A DNA stretch of 64,000 bases from Squalus acanthias (taxonomy: Eukaryota): the NCBI GenBank assembly GCA_030390025.1, contig CM059432.1, forward strand, positions 59,522,001 to 59,586,000, in the 5' to 3' direction. A program made the position numbers and the translations under genes. The notes beneath the pieces were generated by a model, which worked only from the letters and a program-made list of their open reading frames with translations, did no database searches and was not told the DNA's origin. Below, piece after piece: positions 25,150 through 37,120 of the stretch. The first letter of the stretch is position 1, and the number at the start of each line of letters is the position of its first letter.

Positions 25150-27738
25150 ATAGAACATAAGAACATAAGAAATAGGAGCAGGAGTAGGCCAATCGGCCCC
25201 TCGAGCCTGCTCCGCCATTCAATAAGATCATGGCTGATCTGATCCTAACCGCCAATCTACTATCTATCACAGAACCATCTCCTGCATCTAACAGAATTGC
25301 ACACACGAAATAGGAGCAGAATCAGGCTACACAGTCCCTGGGCCCGCTCCACTACCCACAGGGCCATGACCGATCCGAACCTAGACTCATGTCCAAATTC
25401 CTGCCCGCTCCCCGTAACCCTTAATGCCCTTTACTTCTAGGAAACTGTCTATTTCTGTTTTAAATTTAATTAATGTTGTAGCTTCTACAGCTTTTTGTGG
25501 CAGCATATTCCATGGACCTACCACCCTCTGAGTGAAGTAGTTCCTCCTCATCTCAGTTTTGAAAGAGCAGCCCCTTATTCTAAGACTATGTCCCCTAGTT
25601 CTCGTCTCACCCGTCATCGGGAACATCCTCCCCGCATCCACCCGATCCAACCCCTTCACAATCTTATATGTTTCAATAAGATCGCCTCTCATTCTTCTGA
25701 ACTCCAATGAGTAGAGTCCCAATCTACCCAACCTCTCCTCATATGACCACCCCCTCATCCCCGGGATTAACCGAGTGAACCTTTTTTGCACTGCCTCGAG
25801 AGCAAGGATGTCTTTCCTTAAATAAGGACACCAAAACTGTATGCAGTATTCCAGGTGCGGTCTCACCAATACCTTGTACAACTGAAGCAATACCTCCCTA
25901 TTTTTATATTCTATCCCCCTAGCAATGAAAGCCAACATTCCATTTGCCTTCTTAATCACTTGCTGCACCTGCATACTAACCTTTTGAGTTTCGTGCACCA
26001 GGACCCCCAGATCCCTTTGCACTTCAGTACTCTCCAGTTTCTTGCCATTAAGATAATAAATTGCTCTAGGATTTTTCCTGCCAAAGTGCATCACCTCACA
26101 CTTTCCAGTGTTGTATTCCATCTGCCAAATCTCTGCCCACTTACTTAGCCTGTCTATGTCCCCTTGCAGGTTTTTTATGTCCTCCTCACTCACTACTTTC
26201 CCTCCCATCTTTGTATCATCTGCAAATTTTGATATGTTACACTTGGTCCCTTCCTCCAAATCGTTAATATAGATTGTGAAGAGTTGGGGACCCAGCACTG
26301 ACCCCTGTGGAACACCACTAGTTACTGATTGCCAGTCTGAGAATGAACCATTTATCCCAACTCTTTGCTTTCTGTTAGATAGCCAATCCTCTATCCATGC
26401 CAGAATATTACCCCCAATCCCGTGATTTTTTACCTTAAGCAATAATCTTTTGTGTGGCACCTTGTCAAATGCCTTTTGGAAGTCTAAATACACTACGTCC
26501 ACTGGTTCCCCTTTATCCACTCTATATGTTACTTCCTCAAAGAACTCCAGCAAATTTGTCAAACATGACTTCCCCTTCGTAAAACCATGCTGACTTTGTC
26601 CTATTAAATTATGATTATCCAAATGTCCTGTTACTGTTTCCTTAATAATGGACTCCAAAATTTTACCTACCACAGATGTTAGGCTAACCGGTCTATAGTT
26701 ACCAGCCTTCTGTCTACTGCCCTTTTTAAATAAGGGTGTTACATTAGCAGTTTTCCAGTCTGCCGGGACCTTAGCGGAATCCAGGGAGTTTTGAAAAATT
26801 ATTACCAATGCATCTACAATCCCTACCGCCACTTCCTTCAAGACTCTAGGATGTAAGCCATCAGGTCCAGGTGATTTATCCGCCTTGAGTCCCATTATTT
26901 TACCGAGTACCACTTCCTTAGTGATTTTGATCGTGTTTAACTCCTCTCCCCCTATAGCCCCCTGTTTGTCCAGTGTTGGGATATTCTTAGTGTCCTCTAC
27001 TGTAAAGACTGATACAAAATATTCATTCAGTGTTTTTGCCATCTCCATATTTCCCACCATTAATTTCCCGGTCTCATCCTCTAAGGGACCAACATTTACT
27101 TTAGCCACCCTTTTTCTTTTTATATAACTATAAAAACTCTTACTATCTGTTTTTATATTTTTTGCTAATTTACTTTCATAATCTATCTTCCCTTTCTTAA
27201 TCAATCTTTTTGTTATTTTTTGCTGCCTTTTAAAGTTTTCCCAATCCTCTGTCCTCCCACTAGATTTCGCTACCTTATATGCCCTTGTTTTTAGTCGAAT
27301 ACTATCCTTAATTTCTTTACTTAGCCACGGATGACTGTCCTTTCTTTTACACCCTTTTCTTTTCAGTGGAATATATATTTTTTGGAAGTTGTAAAATAAC
27401 TCCTTGAATGTACACCACTGATCATGTGTCGTCTTACCCTTTAATCTATTTTCCCAATCCACTCTACTCAATTCCGCTCGCATACCTTCATAGTCTCCTT
27501 TATTCAAGCTTAGCACGCTTGTTTGAGATCCAACCTTCTCACCCTCTAATTGAATATGGAATTCAACCATGTTATGGTCACTCATTCCAAGGGGATCCTT
27601 TACTAGGACATTTTTAATTAATCCTGTCTCGTTACACAGGACCAGATCTAAGGTTGCTTGCCCCCTGGTCGGTTCAGTTACATACTGCTCAAGAAACCCA
27701 TCCCTAATACACTCAATGAACTCATCCTCAAGGCAGCC
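25150..27738 (-). mobile_element. Young 5'-truncated CR1 LINE with uninterrupted ORF2
   Basis: ORF 25387-27585 (732 aa, no stops) from the endonuclease end (SDHN) through RT to the C-terminus; (ttcttatg)n tail. Confidence 0.95.
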
Positions 27739-27739
27739 C

Positions 27740-28135
27740 TGTTGTGGTTGTTACTGGACTAGTAATCCTGGGGCCTGGACTAATGATCCGAAGGTGTGAG
27801 TTCAAAATCCGACCATGGCAGCTGGGGAATTTAAATTCAGTTAATTAAATAAATCTGGAATTAAAAAGCTAGTATCAGTAATGATGACCATGAAACTGCC
27901 AGATTGTCGTAAAAACCCATCTGGTTCACTAATGTCCTTTAGGGAAGGAAATCTGCTGTCCTTACCTGGTCTGGCCTATATGTAACTCCAGCCCCACAGC
28001 AATGTGGTTGACTCATAACTGCCCTCTGTGGTTCAAGGCGGCGGCTCACCACCTCCTTCTCAAGGGCAATTAGGGATGGGCAATAAATGCCAGCCTTGCC
28101 AGCGATGCCCACATTCCATGAATGAATAAAAAAAA
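27740..28135 (+). mobile_element. HE1-type SINE, nearly complete
   Basis: tRNA-like head with B box (gagttcaaaatcc), central core, HER1-type tail ending tgaatgaataaaaaaaa. Confidence 0.88.
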
Positions 28136-28614
28136 GTAAGCTTGAGAAACTTAAAGTAACTAATATCAGTAGAGAAAAAGTACTCGAGAAACTAATGGCA
28201 CTAAAAGCCGACAAATCCCCTGGACCTGATGGCCTACATCTGAGAGTTCCAAAAGCGATGGCTGCAGAGATAGTGAATGCATTGGTTGTAATCTTCCAAA
28301 ATTCCCTAAATTCTAGAACGGTCCCAGCAGATTGGAAGGTAGCAAATGTAACCCCGCTATTCAAGAAAGGAGGGAGTGAGAAAACAGGAAACTACAGGCC
28401 AGTTAGCCTGACACCAGTCATCAGGAAAATGCTGGAATCCACTCAGAAAATCATAATTGTCGAAAAATTGCAGTCGGCTGCATAGCTACGGAGTATGCGG
28501 CCGCTCTCCAAAATGAATACGAACTTACCTTGTGCAAGGCTGCACACGTAGGCTTACTGTTTGGTGCTGCAGAGTTGTGCGCAGCGTATTACATCACGGA
28601 AGTCATGTAGGACG

Positions 28615-29604
28615 TGTGAAATTACCCCTCGCTCCGTCCAACAGGTTATAGAGATCGGACTTGAAACTTAGGAGAAATTACACCAGACACACGGTTCTGC
28701 CTTTAACCTTTTATTATTCCTAAGACAGATTCAAAACCACAACCACTATTCGAGCATTACACCAATAATGTTACAAGAAATCATACATACAACCACCTGC
28801 AGATGATCAGTCCAGTGTTGATTGTAGGCCACTTCCTTCCGACTGCAGCTCTTCACCTTCCGACTGCAGCTCTTCACCTTCCGACTGCAGCTCTTCGAGT
28901 TGAGGTGATCAGCCAGGCCCCTCCTTCCAACTGCTGCTCCGATATTTTTCGTCACTGGTTTTTATACAGTTTTCCTTGCCTTTTTCAGTAAATCAATCAT
29001 TCAGAGATTGTGAGATGTTCCTTTAATGTTCGACCTAAGTTGTTTGAGCTGTCAAACTTTCACGCTCACACATCTTGTGTGGCGAACCGTTAGCTGCCTT
29101 TATCAAAGCCCAAAAATGTTAATTCACTCATAAAAGTTTACGAAAGTGGCAGTAAACCACTTGGTCACATTTCACGTGTTACGTTGCCTCCTGTATTTCA
29201 GAACTTCAAAGGTTTGACTCCTCCCTTTTAGCCACCAAAAGTCGTTCTACAAACTTGTGGCCTGTTTTGTTGTAGATGCGAAGTCTGCAAATCTGAGGGG
29301 GTTTGTTTATCTCTGTTGTCTATGACTACCCTTTGCAGTCACAACCATTTGTTCTGTCAATATCTACTATCCGACACCCAGCTCTTGAAATATCTCCATC
29401 ACAAAGCAGCTTGCAAATACAAGTTTTTTTTTTAAAGCACATTTGCTCCCAAATGTTTGCTGCCTTTCAGTAAAGCACATCAAAGCACATTCCATGTCCA
29501 TTTATCAGTGAAAGACTGTCTGTTACAACTTTATTTCACTTTTGGCATGGCAAAGCATTTTAATATATACCAAAATTAAAAATTAAGGGTCTGTGTATAC
29601 TTAC
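28615..29604 (-). mobile_element. Possible solo LTR
   Basis: TG...CA ends, TATA-like motif (~28960) and AATAAA (~28710) in LTR order on the minus strand, internal tandem repeat; no TSD found. Confidence 0.4.
28836..28896. repeat. 21-bp tandem repeat, ~3 copies
   Basis: cttccgactgcagctcttcac x2.9. Confidence 0.95.
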
Positions 29605-29982
29605 AGCCAGGAGCACAGCATACAGTCTATGTACAAGGGAAGGCATGCCCACAAATTCTGTCAAAACTACGGCCACAGAAAGTACTTTCAGTCTCTTGCA
29701 TTGAAATTACATTTTAAAAACTTTTAATTAAACTGGTACTTGAACTTATTTCATGTGTCAGCATTTTGTTAATATTATATTACAACATACCAACATGTTG
29801 ATTTTTGAAATGCACCATCTGTATAAGGTCATAGCCAAAAAACTCCCACTAGGCTTTCAGAAACAAAACATGCTTCGGTGAGAGTGGGTGCAGAAAAGGC
29901 AACTATGTACGGTAACATTTGCCAACTAAACCAAAAAATAGTTGTGTTTTCCCACCTAATCAGTATGAAATTCACATATAAT

Positions 29983-30724
29983 GGCCCAGAAATTAAAGAC
30001 GGAGCCTTCCTGCGGGGGTAAGGCTTCCCCGCGATATCTCACTGCGCGCCTGCCTTTTCCTTCCGAGCTCGCACGAACTTGAGTTTCTAGACAGCAGCTG
30101 TGCAGTGTGTGCGTATCCCACAGACGCAGTTAATTCGTGCGAGCTGTGGGATCACGTGATTCAGTTAGAGCCAATGGCAGCACACCATCTTTCATTCATA
30201 GTTTTCACAGCAAGGGCTGTGAAAGCTATGAATACTATACCCCCCCAAAAGAACAGCTAAACCTCAATTAAATTTTTTTTAAAAACCATCACATTAATAA
30301 AATAAGTATAGTTAAATCAATTAACCACTTTAAACAAAAAATTAAATGTTTGAAAAAATTTAAAATCTTTTTAAAAGTTATAAAAATAAACTTACCTTTC
30401 TTTAAAGTCTCTAAAAAAGATATACCTGTTGAAAAAAATTCAAAATACTTAATTAACTACTTACCTTGTTAAAAGAGGGTCTTACGCCTCCTTTCTTTAT
30501 GTGCAAAATCTTCCATGCTTACCTGCACGTTCAAAGCACTAAGTGCACTGCGTGCGCGCAGCCTGTAGCGCGCACGCGGTTCACTTAGGAACCGCCCCCT
30601 TTTGAAATCACCAAGTGCCGGTTTTCAGCGCATGCGCAGTGCATGCAGAAAACCGACAATTGGAGACAGAATACGCGAGAGTACACAGTGCGTACTCTCG
30701 CGCAGTGAGACTAATTTTTGGGCC
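29983..30724. mobile_element. Harbinger-type MITE, copy 1
   Basis: TIR ggcccagaaatta / taatttttgggcc, 3-bp TSD aat/aat, colinear with 44444-45196. Confidence 0.85.
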
Positions 30725-31374
30725 AATGTACTTGTCACAATGTCTGCTTTCTCGCACAGATATTTATTTAGTTCTATAAAACGTGTGGATATTTGGTATA
30801 TGTGCAATAAACATAATTAAACATTCCATGTGTACATTAAAGCCCCCGGTCTGCCAACAGTATATGAGACACTGGAATATGATAAGGCTTGTTGGTGAAG
30901 AATGCTGATAAAAGCGGTGTGTGTTCAGTACAAGTAGTTTGTTTCTCTGGGTGGTTTTCTGGTAAAAGTATCATTTCAATTTTATTGAAACTTACTGAAC
31001 AATTTGCAGATTTTGCACATTTTAGGGTAAAGGTTCTATTGCTTACAACTATATCCGCTGCTTGCTCTCAATGTTCAATACAAGTGTTTTCCTTTCACAG
31101 TGAAACAGGCTCCTGTGCCTGCTTTCACTAACTGTAAAATTTTCGAACTTAATTGCTGGGCAGTTGCTTGGCAATTAGCCCAAATTTGCGCCAGCAATGA
31201 GTATTTCCCTGTCGGTGCGGATCATCTGTCAAGGCGTACCTTGTTAGATTGCAAGTTCAGGATTTAGCAAAATCTCGAACTTGCGATCTATTCCAAAGAC
31301 GGTATGATGGCGTACTCTCAAGAGTATGCTGTCATACCCACTGCAAAATCTGCCCTAACATGATTAGGCAGAGT

Positions 31375-32671
31375 CACCAATAACCTGCTCACTGATGCCC
31401 AGTTTGGATTCCACCAAGACCACTCGGCTCCCGACCTCATTACAGCCTTGGTCCAAACATGGACAAAGGAGCTGAATTCCAGAGGTGAGGTGAGAGTGGC
31501 TGCCCTTGACATCAAGGCAGCATTTGACCGAGTGTGGCATCAAGGAGCCCTAGTCAAACTGAAGTCAATGGGAATCAGGGGGAAAACGCTCCACTGGCTG
31601 GAGTCATACTTAGCACAAAGGAAGATGGTTGTGGTGGTTGAAGGTCAATCATCACAGCCCCAGGACATCGCTGCAGGAGTTCCGCAGGGCAGTGTCCTAG
31701 GCCCAAACATCTTCAGCTGCTTCATCAATGACCTTCCCTCCAACATAAGTCAGAAATGGGGATGTTCGCTGATGACTGCACAGTGTTCAGCGCCATTCAC
31801 AACTCCACAGATAATGAAGCAATCCATGCCCGCATGCAACAAGACCTGGACGACGTTCAGGCTTGGGCTGATAATTAGCAGGTAACATTCGCGCCACAGA
31901 AGTGCCAGGCAATGACTATCTCCAACAAGCGAGAGTCTAACCACCTCCCCTTGACATTCAATGGCATTACCATCGCTGAATCCCCCACAATCAACATCCT
32001 GGGGGTCACCATTAACCAGAAACTTAACTGGACCAGCCACATAAATACTGTGGCAACAAGAGCAGGTCAGAGGCTAGGTATTCTGCGGCGAGTGTCTCAC
32101 CTCCTGACTCCCCAAAGCCTTTCCACCATCTACAAGGCACAAGTAAGGAGTGTGATGGAATACTCTCCACTTGCCTGGATGAGTGCAGCTCCAACAACAC
32201 TCAAGAAGCTCGACACCATCCAGGACAAAGCAACCCGCTTGATTAGCACCCCATCCACCACCTTAAACATTCACTCCCTCCACCACTGGCGCACCGTGGC
32301 TGCAGTGTGTACCATCTACAAGATGCACTGCAGCAACTCGCCAAGGCCTCTTTGGCAGCACCTCCCAAACCCGCGGCCTCTTTCACCTAGAAGGACAAGG
32401 GCAGCAGGCGCATGTGAACACCACCACCTCCAAGTTCCCCTCCAAGTCACACACCATCCTGACTTAGAAGTATATCGCCGATCCTTCATCGTCGCTGGGT
32501 CAAAATCCTGGAACTCCCTCCCTAACAGCACTGTGGAATTACCATCACCACACGGACTGCAGCGGTTCAAGAAGGCGGCTCACCACCACCTTCTCAAGGG
32601 CAACTAGGGATGGGCAATAAATGCTGGCCTTGCCAGCAGTACCCTGATCCCATAAACGAATAAAAAAAAAA
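31375..32671 (+). mobile_element. 5'-truncated HER1-type LINE
   Basis: ORFs 31448-31885 and 31912-32607, family tail and A-run. Confidence 0.92.
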
Positions 32672-33700
32672 CCTGGTTTTATGAAAGGGAAATCGTGTTT
32701 AACAAATTTATTACAGTTTTTGAGGATGTAACTAGCAGGGTAGATAAAGGGGTACCAATGGATGTAGTATATTTGGATTTCCAAAAGGCATTCGATAAGG
32801 TGCTACGCAAGATAAAGGCTCATGGAGTTGGGGGTAATATATTAGCATGGAGAGAGGATTGGTTAATGGACAGAAAACAGAGAGTAGGGATAAACGGGTC
32901 ATTTTCTAGTGGGTAGGCTGTAACTAGTGAGGTGCCGCAAGGATCAGTGCTTGGGCCTCAGTTATTTACAATCTATATTAATGAATTAGATGAAGGGACC
33001 AAGTGCAATGTATCCAAGTTTGCTGACGATACAAAGCTAGGTGGGAAACTAAGCTGTGAGGAGAACACAAAGAGCCTGCAAAGGGAGAGAGACAGGTTAA
33101 GTGAGTGGGCAATAAGCTCTCCCAATTTTGGCACAAGTCCCCAGGTGTTGGTGAGGGGAACTTTGCAAGGTCGACTGAGCTGGGTGTGCCGTTGTCGTGT
33201 CCGTAGCCGTTGCCGAGGTTGATGCTGGGTGGTCCATCTGGTTTTATTCTTATTATTGTTTTTCGTAGCGGTTTGTTACAACTGAGTGGTTTGCTAGGCC
33301 ATTTCAGAGGACAGTTAAGAGTCAACCACATTGCTGTGGGTCTGGAGTCACATATAGGCCAGACCAGGTAAGGACAGCAGATTTCCTTCCCTAAAGGACA
33401 TTCGTGAACCAGATGGGTTTTTACAACAATCCAATAGTTTCATGGTCACCATTACTGATACTAGCTTTTTATTCCAGATTTATTTTTAATTAACTGAATT
33501 TAAATTCCCCAGCTGCTGTGGATTTGAACTCACGTCTCTGGATCATTAGTCCAGGCCTCTGGATTACTAGTCCAGTAACATAACCACTATGCTACCATTC
33601 TCGATGTTGAGGCCGAAGATCAGCCATGATCTTATTGAATGGCGGAGCAGGCTCGAGGGGCCGAATGGCCTACCCATGCTCCTAATTCTTATGTTCTTAT
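32672..33700 (+). mobile_element. CR1 fragment with an internal deletion at an insertion site
   Basis: RT at 32672-33112 and tail at 33605-33700; the intervening ORF2 C-terminus is replaced by an opposite-strand element. Confidence 0.8.
33113..33598 (-). mobile_element. HE1-type SINE head/core fused to a LINE endonuclease N-terminus
   Basis: A box tagcatagtgg (33584-33594), B box gttcaaatcc (33520-33529), HE1 core, then RPCKVPLTNTWGLVPKLGEL instead of the SINE tail. Confidence 0.75.
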
Positions 33701-33719
33701 GCTAAAACATGTCCAACCA

Positions 33720-34240
33720 ATGCAGAGCAATCAACAAAGCCAACAGAATGTTCAACTACAGGCCAAAACACTTGAGTACAAGTCGTAGGAGGCAGTGATC
33801 AAACTTTATAGTGCTCTGGTTAGACCATACTTTGAATACTATATCCAGGTTTAGTCATCAAGAAACAAGACACATTCAAGCGCTGGAGGTGGTGCAGAGA
33901 AGAGTCATAAAGCTGATCCTTAAATGTCAGGGGTCTGAGTTATGAGGAAATACTGAAGAAACTTGTGAGGCGATGTTATAGTGGTGCATACGTTTGTTAA
34001 GAATATAATAGAAGTTAACCCAGACTATTACTGGGGTAGAACATGGGGACGCAGGTACAAACTAATAAAAAGGTGATTTTAGGACTGATAAAGAAATTCT
34101 TCTTCACACAAAGTGATCAACATGTTGAAAAATGTCCAGGAACAGTAGTGGAGCAAGAAGCCCTGAAATCATTTAAGAAGCAATGGATGCCGTGGATGGA
34201 TGCATTAAATGGGCTGAATGGTCTTCCTCATCCCTAATTA
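33720..34240 (+). mobile_element. Old CR1 3' remnant
   Basis: Decayed LYSALVRPYFEY and FFTQ motifs. Confidence 0.6.
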
Positions 34241-34361
34241 TCTTGTGAAAAATGAGCAAACATTTTGATCAAAAAGTATCAAAGGCCAGGAATTTCCTTG
34301 GCATTGCTCTCACTCCTCCACCGTAACTTCGCCGGTAGTGTGGCAGAAATTCCGTTTCCAA

Positions 34362-34950
34362 CTACTTGCATTTATATATAGTGCCTTTAATGTAGGAAAA
34401 AGGCCCAAGGTGCTTCACAGATGTGTAATCCGATAATAATTGACACATTGTCAAAGAAGGAGATACTGGAGAGGTGACTAAAGAGGTAGGTTTTAAGGAG
34501 GCTCTTAAAGAGGAGAGGTGGAGAGATTTAGTGAGGGAATTTCAGAGTTTCTGGCCTAGATGGCTGAAAGCATCACCACCGATGATGGGGCAGAGTTGTT
34601 GGGCACGTGCAAGAGGCTGGAGTTGAAGGAACAGAAAGTTCTCAGAGGGTTGTAGGGCTGGAGGAGGTTACAGAGATAGGGATGGGTGAGGCCATGAAGG
34701 CAATTGAACACAAGAATAAGAATTTTAAATATGGAGGCATTGGTGGACCAGGAGCCACTATAGTGTCAGTGAGCACAGGGGTGATGGATGAGTAGGACTT
34801 TGTGCGGGTAAGGACACGGGCAGCAGAGTTTTGGATGAGCTTAAGCTTATGGAGGGTTGAAGATAGGAGGCCAGCGAGGCGAGCATTGGAATAGTCAAGT
34901 CTGGAGGTGACAGAAGTATGAATAGGGGTTTCAGCAGCAGATGGGATGTG
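34362..34950 (-). mobile_element. Old LINE 3' fragment (L2-like) sharing the SacSINE1-type tail
   Basis: Minus strand ends aaaggcactatatataaatgcaagt; upstream frame has SRLDYSNA, resembling an L2 C-terminal motif. Confidence 0.55.
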
Positions 34951-36400
34951 GAAATTCCTGACAAAATATTTTCAATTGCTGCAGTGGGGGAAAATGAGGA
35001 CATACAAAACAATCTCCAACAAAAAACAGCTTTTTCTGAGCATTACTCTCTGGACCTACTGCTGAGACTGATGTACTACCCCTATCGGGAAAAAAACAGA
35101 TTCCAAACAAAATGACAACTCTAACCAAGAAGTGTTTGTAGGGTTGTTTGGAGTGGACAGTGTTACATTTCTGCCTCACTCCCAACACTTCTAACTTCAT
35201 GTTCACAGCAAAAAGACAGTTTTGACAAGGAGACCACTGTCTCCTACAAACTTTGGCACATGAATGGAACAGCGTGTTGCAGGATTAAAAATTCCCCTTC
35301 TTTCATCGTATTATGCACCAAGGTAACGTGGGCTGTCCATCACTCAAAGGCAGTAAATATAACAGTCAGCCTGTTGCATTTATGCTGAAACTAGCTACTG
35401 AACTTTTTTTTTTATAAGCAGCTTAATTATACAGAAGCAGAAGCACACAGCAAAACAACTACCAGTACAGACATTGACTTGCTGCATAAACAGTTTTTTT
35501 AAACAATGGAAGTGCTGAATCTTTAGAATTCATTTCCAATAACTTTTGGCAAAATGGTTAATGGACAATTAACACTACAGAACCCTTCTAGGCTACCTCT
35601 GTTGGAAACAAGCAATCAATGCAGCAAGATGACAATCATAGGAATGCTGCCCACATATAGGCTTGTCTTTCTTTGGATGCAAGGTTTCTTTGAACAGATT
35701 ATTTTTCTATAGCAACTCGAATACTAATCATTTATAAACACCCAAGATGTGAATGGTAGATTCTTGGTTGTCTGTTAAGTCATTTGCTCAAGACACCTAA
35801 AATTAATTCTAAACATGTGTTATAATCTGTAAATTGGCATATATTAGAATTTTAAAGACACAAAGGCATAACCAACAAACTTCATCTGAATAGTTTTGAT
35901 CGGGTAGTAACGTGAAAAGAAAAACTGGCCACCTTCCCATAAAACCAATAGCTTTTTCCAAACAGCTCATTATTTTGAACAAAAAGCTCATTTTCTTTCT
36001 CTCTAGACACTGACAAAAGTACTCTGTCTCAGCCACAGCTAAGCAAACTCAATTTTAAAACATATCATTCTTTTTATTCGAGTCATATTTACAAAACAAA
36101 GGTCATACTTAAAAATTTGCACCACAGGTATAGTCAACAATTTAATAATTTCAAATGTGCAAAAATAAAATCAAGCCACATCGGGGTTGAAGTACAATTT
36201 CCATTAAAATGGGTGTGATGGATGTCTTATTAAAAAGAGAGACTTTTTATATGAAATGTGGCAAGTCACTTTAAATGTGTTTTACTGCAGATTTAGTTTC
36301 TCTGGATTAGGGTAGAATCAATATTCCTCATCTGTGAAACATAAACAGAAAATGCTGTAAATACTCAGCAGGTTAGGCAGCATCTATGGAGAGAGAACCA

Positions 36401-36440
36401 GAGTTAACGTTTCAGGTCGGTGACCTTTCGTCAGAGACGG
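36401..36440 (-). ncRNA. Minimal hammerhead ribozyme motif
   Basis: CTGACGA-a-aggtc-acc-gacct-GAAA-cg-TT-aact: perfect stem II and ACGT palindrome; 5' strand of stem I disrupted. Confidence 0.65.
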
Positions 36441-37120
36441 GTTAAAGGGGGGCGGAAGTAGAGAGGTGAGGAAAGAACAAAAGGAAAAATCTATCACAGG
36501 TGGAAGGCAGGAGTGATTAAATGACACAAGGGATGATGGTGCAAGGTCAAAGGGGGTGGTAATGGGACAAGTAAAGAAACAAAAGATGGGTCGAGAGGAA
36601 CTGTAAATGGCAACAGCAGAATCATTCCCAACACCTGCTGTCTTGAAAAAAGGGAGCTGTGGTTATGATCTGAAATTGTTGAACTCAATGTTGAGTCCAG
36701 AAGGTTGCAAAGTGGTTAATCGATCAGTGATGTGCTGTTCCCTGAGCTTCCGTTGAGCTTCATTAGAACAGTGTAGGAGGCTGAGGACAGAGAGGTCAGA
36801 GTGGGAGTGCGGCGGAGAATTAAAATGGCAAGCTGTGGGAAAGGGAGCAAGTGTTGGGGGTGATGGAAGAGTGGAACAGGGTGTTGCAGAGGGAACGGTC
36901 CCTTTGGAATGCTGAAAGGGGAGGGGAAGATGTGTTTGGTGGTGGCATCGCGTTGGAGGTGGCGGATAATGAGTTGTTGAATGTAGATGCTGGCGGGGTC
37001 GAAGGTGAGGACAAGGGAAACCCTATCGTGATTCTGAGAGAGGGGAAAAGGGGTGAGAGCAGAAGTGCGGGAAATGGGACGGACACAGTCGAAGACATTG
37101 TCAACCACGGTGGAGGGGAA

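Larger units (their letters stand above)
23668..28445 (+). mobile_element. Degenerate CR1 (ORF1 end, endonuclease, linker) hosting two younger insertions
   Basis: ORFs 23980-24282 and 24301-24699 (ITETWL, VYRPP, GDFN); sequence breaks near 25145 and resumes near 28140 (KADKSPGPDG). Confidence 0.85.

Noticed and set aside
28836..28896. Short direct repeats here and at 44097-44164 as CRISPR-like arrays
   Set aside because: Head-to-tail with no spacers, in a vertebrate genome
34918..35115. Possible plus-strand terminal exon (VGENEDIQ...FQTK)
   Set aside because: No recognisable homology or partner exons
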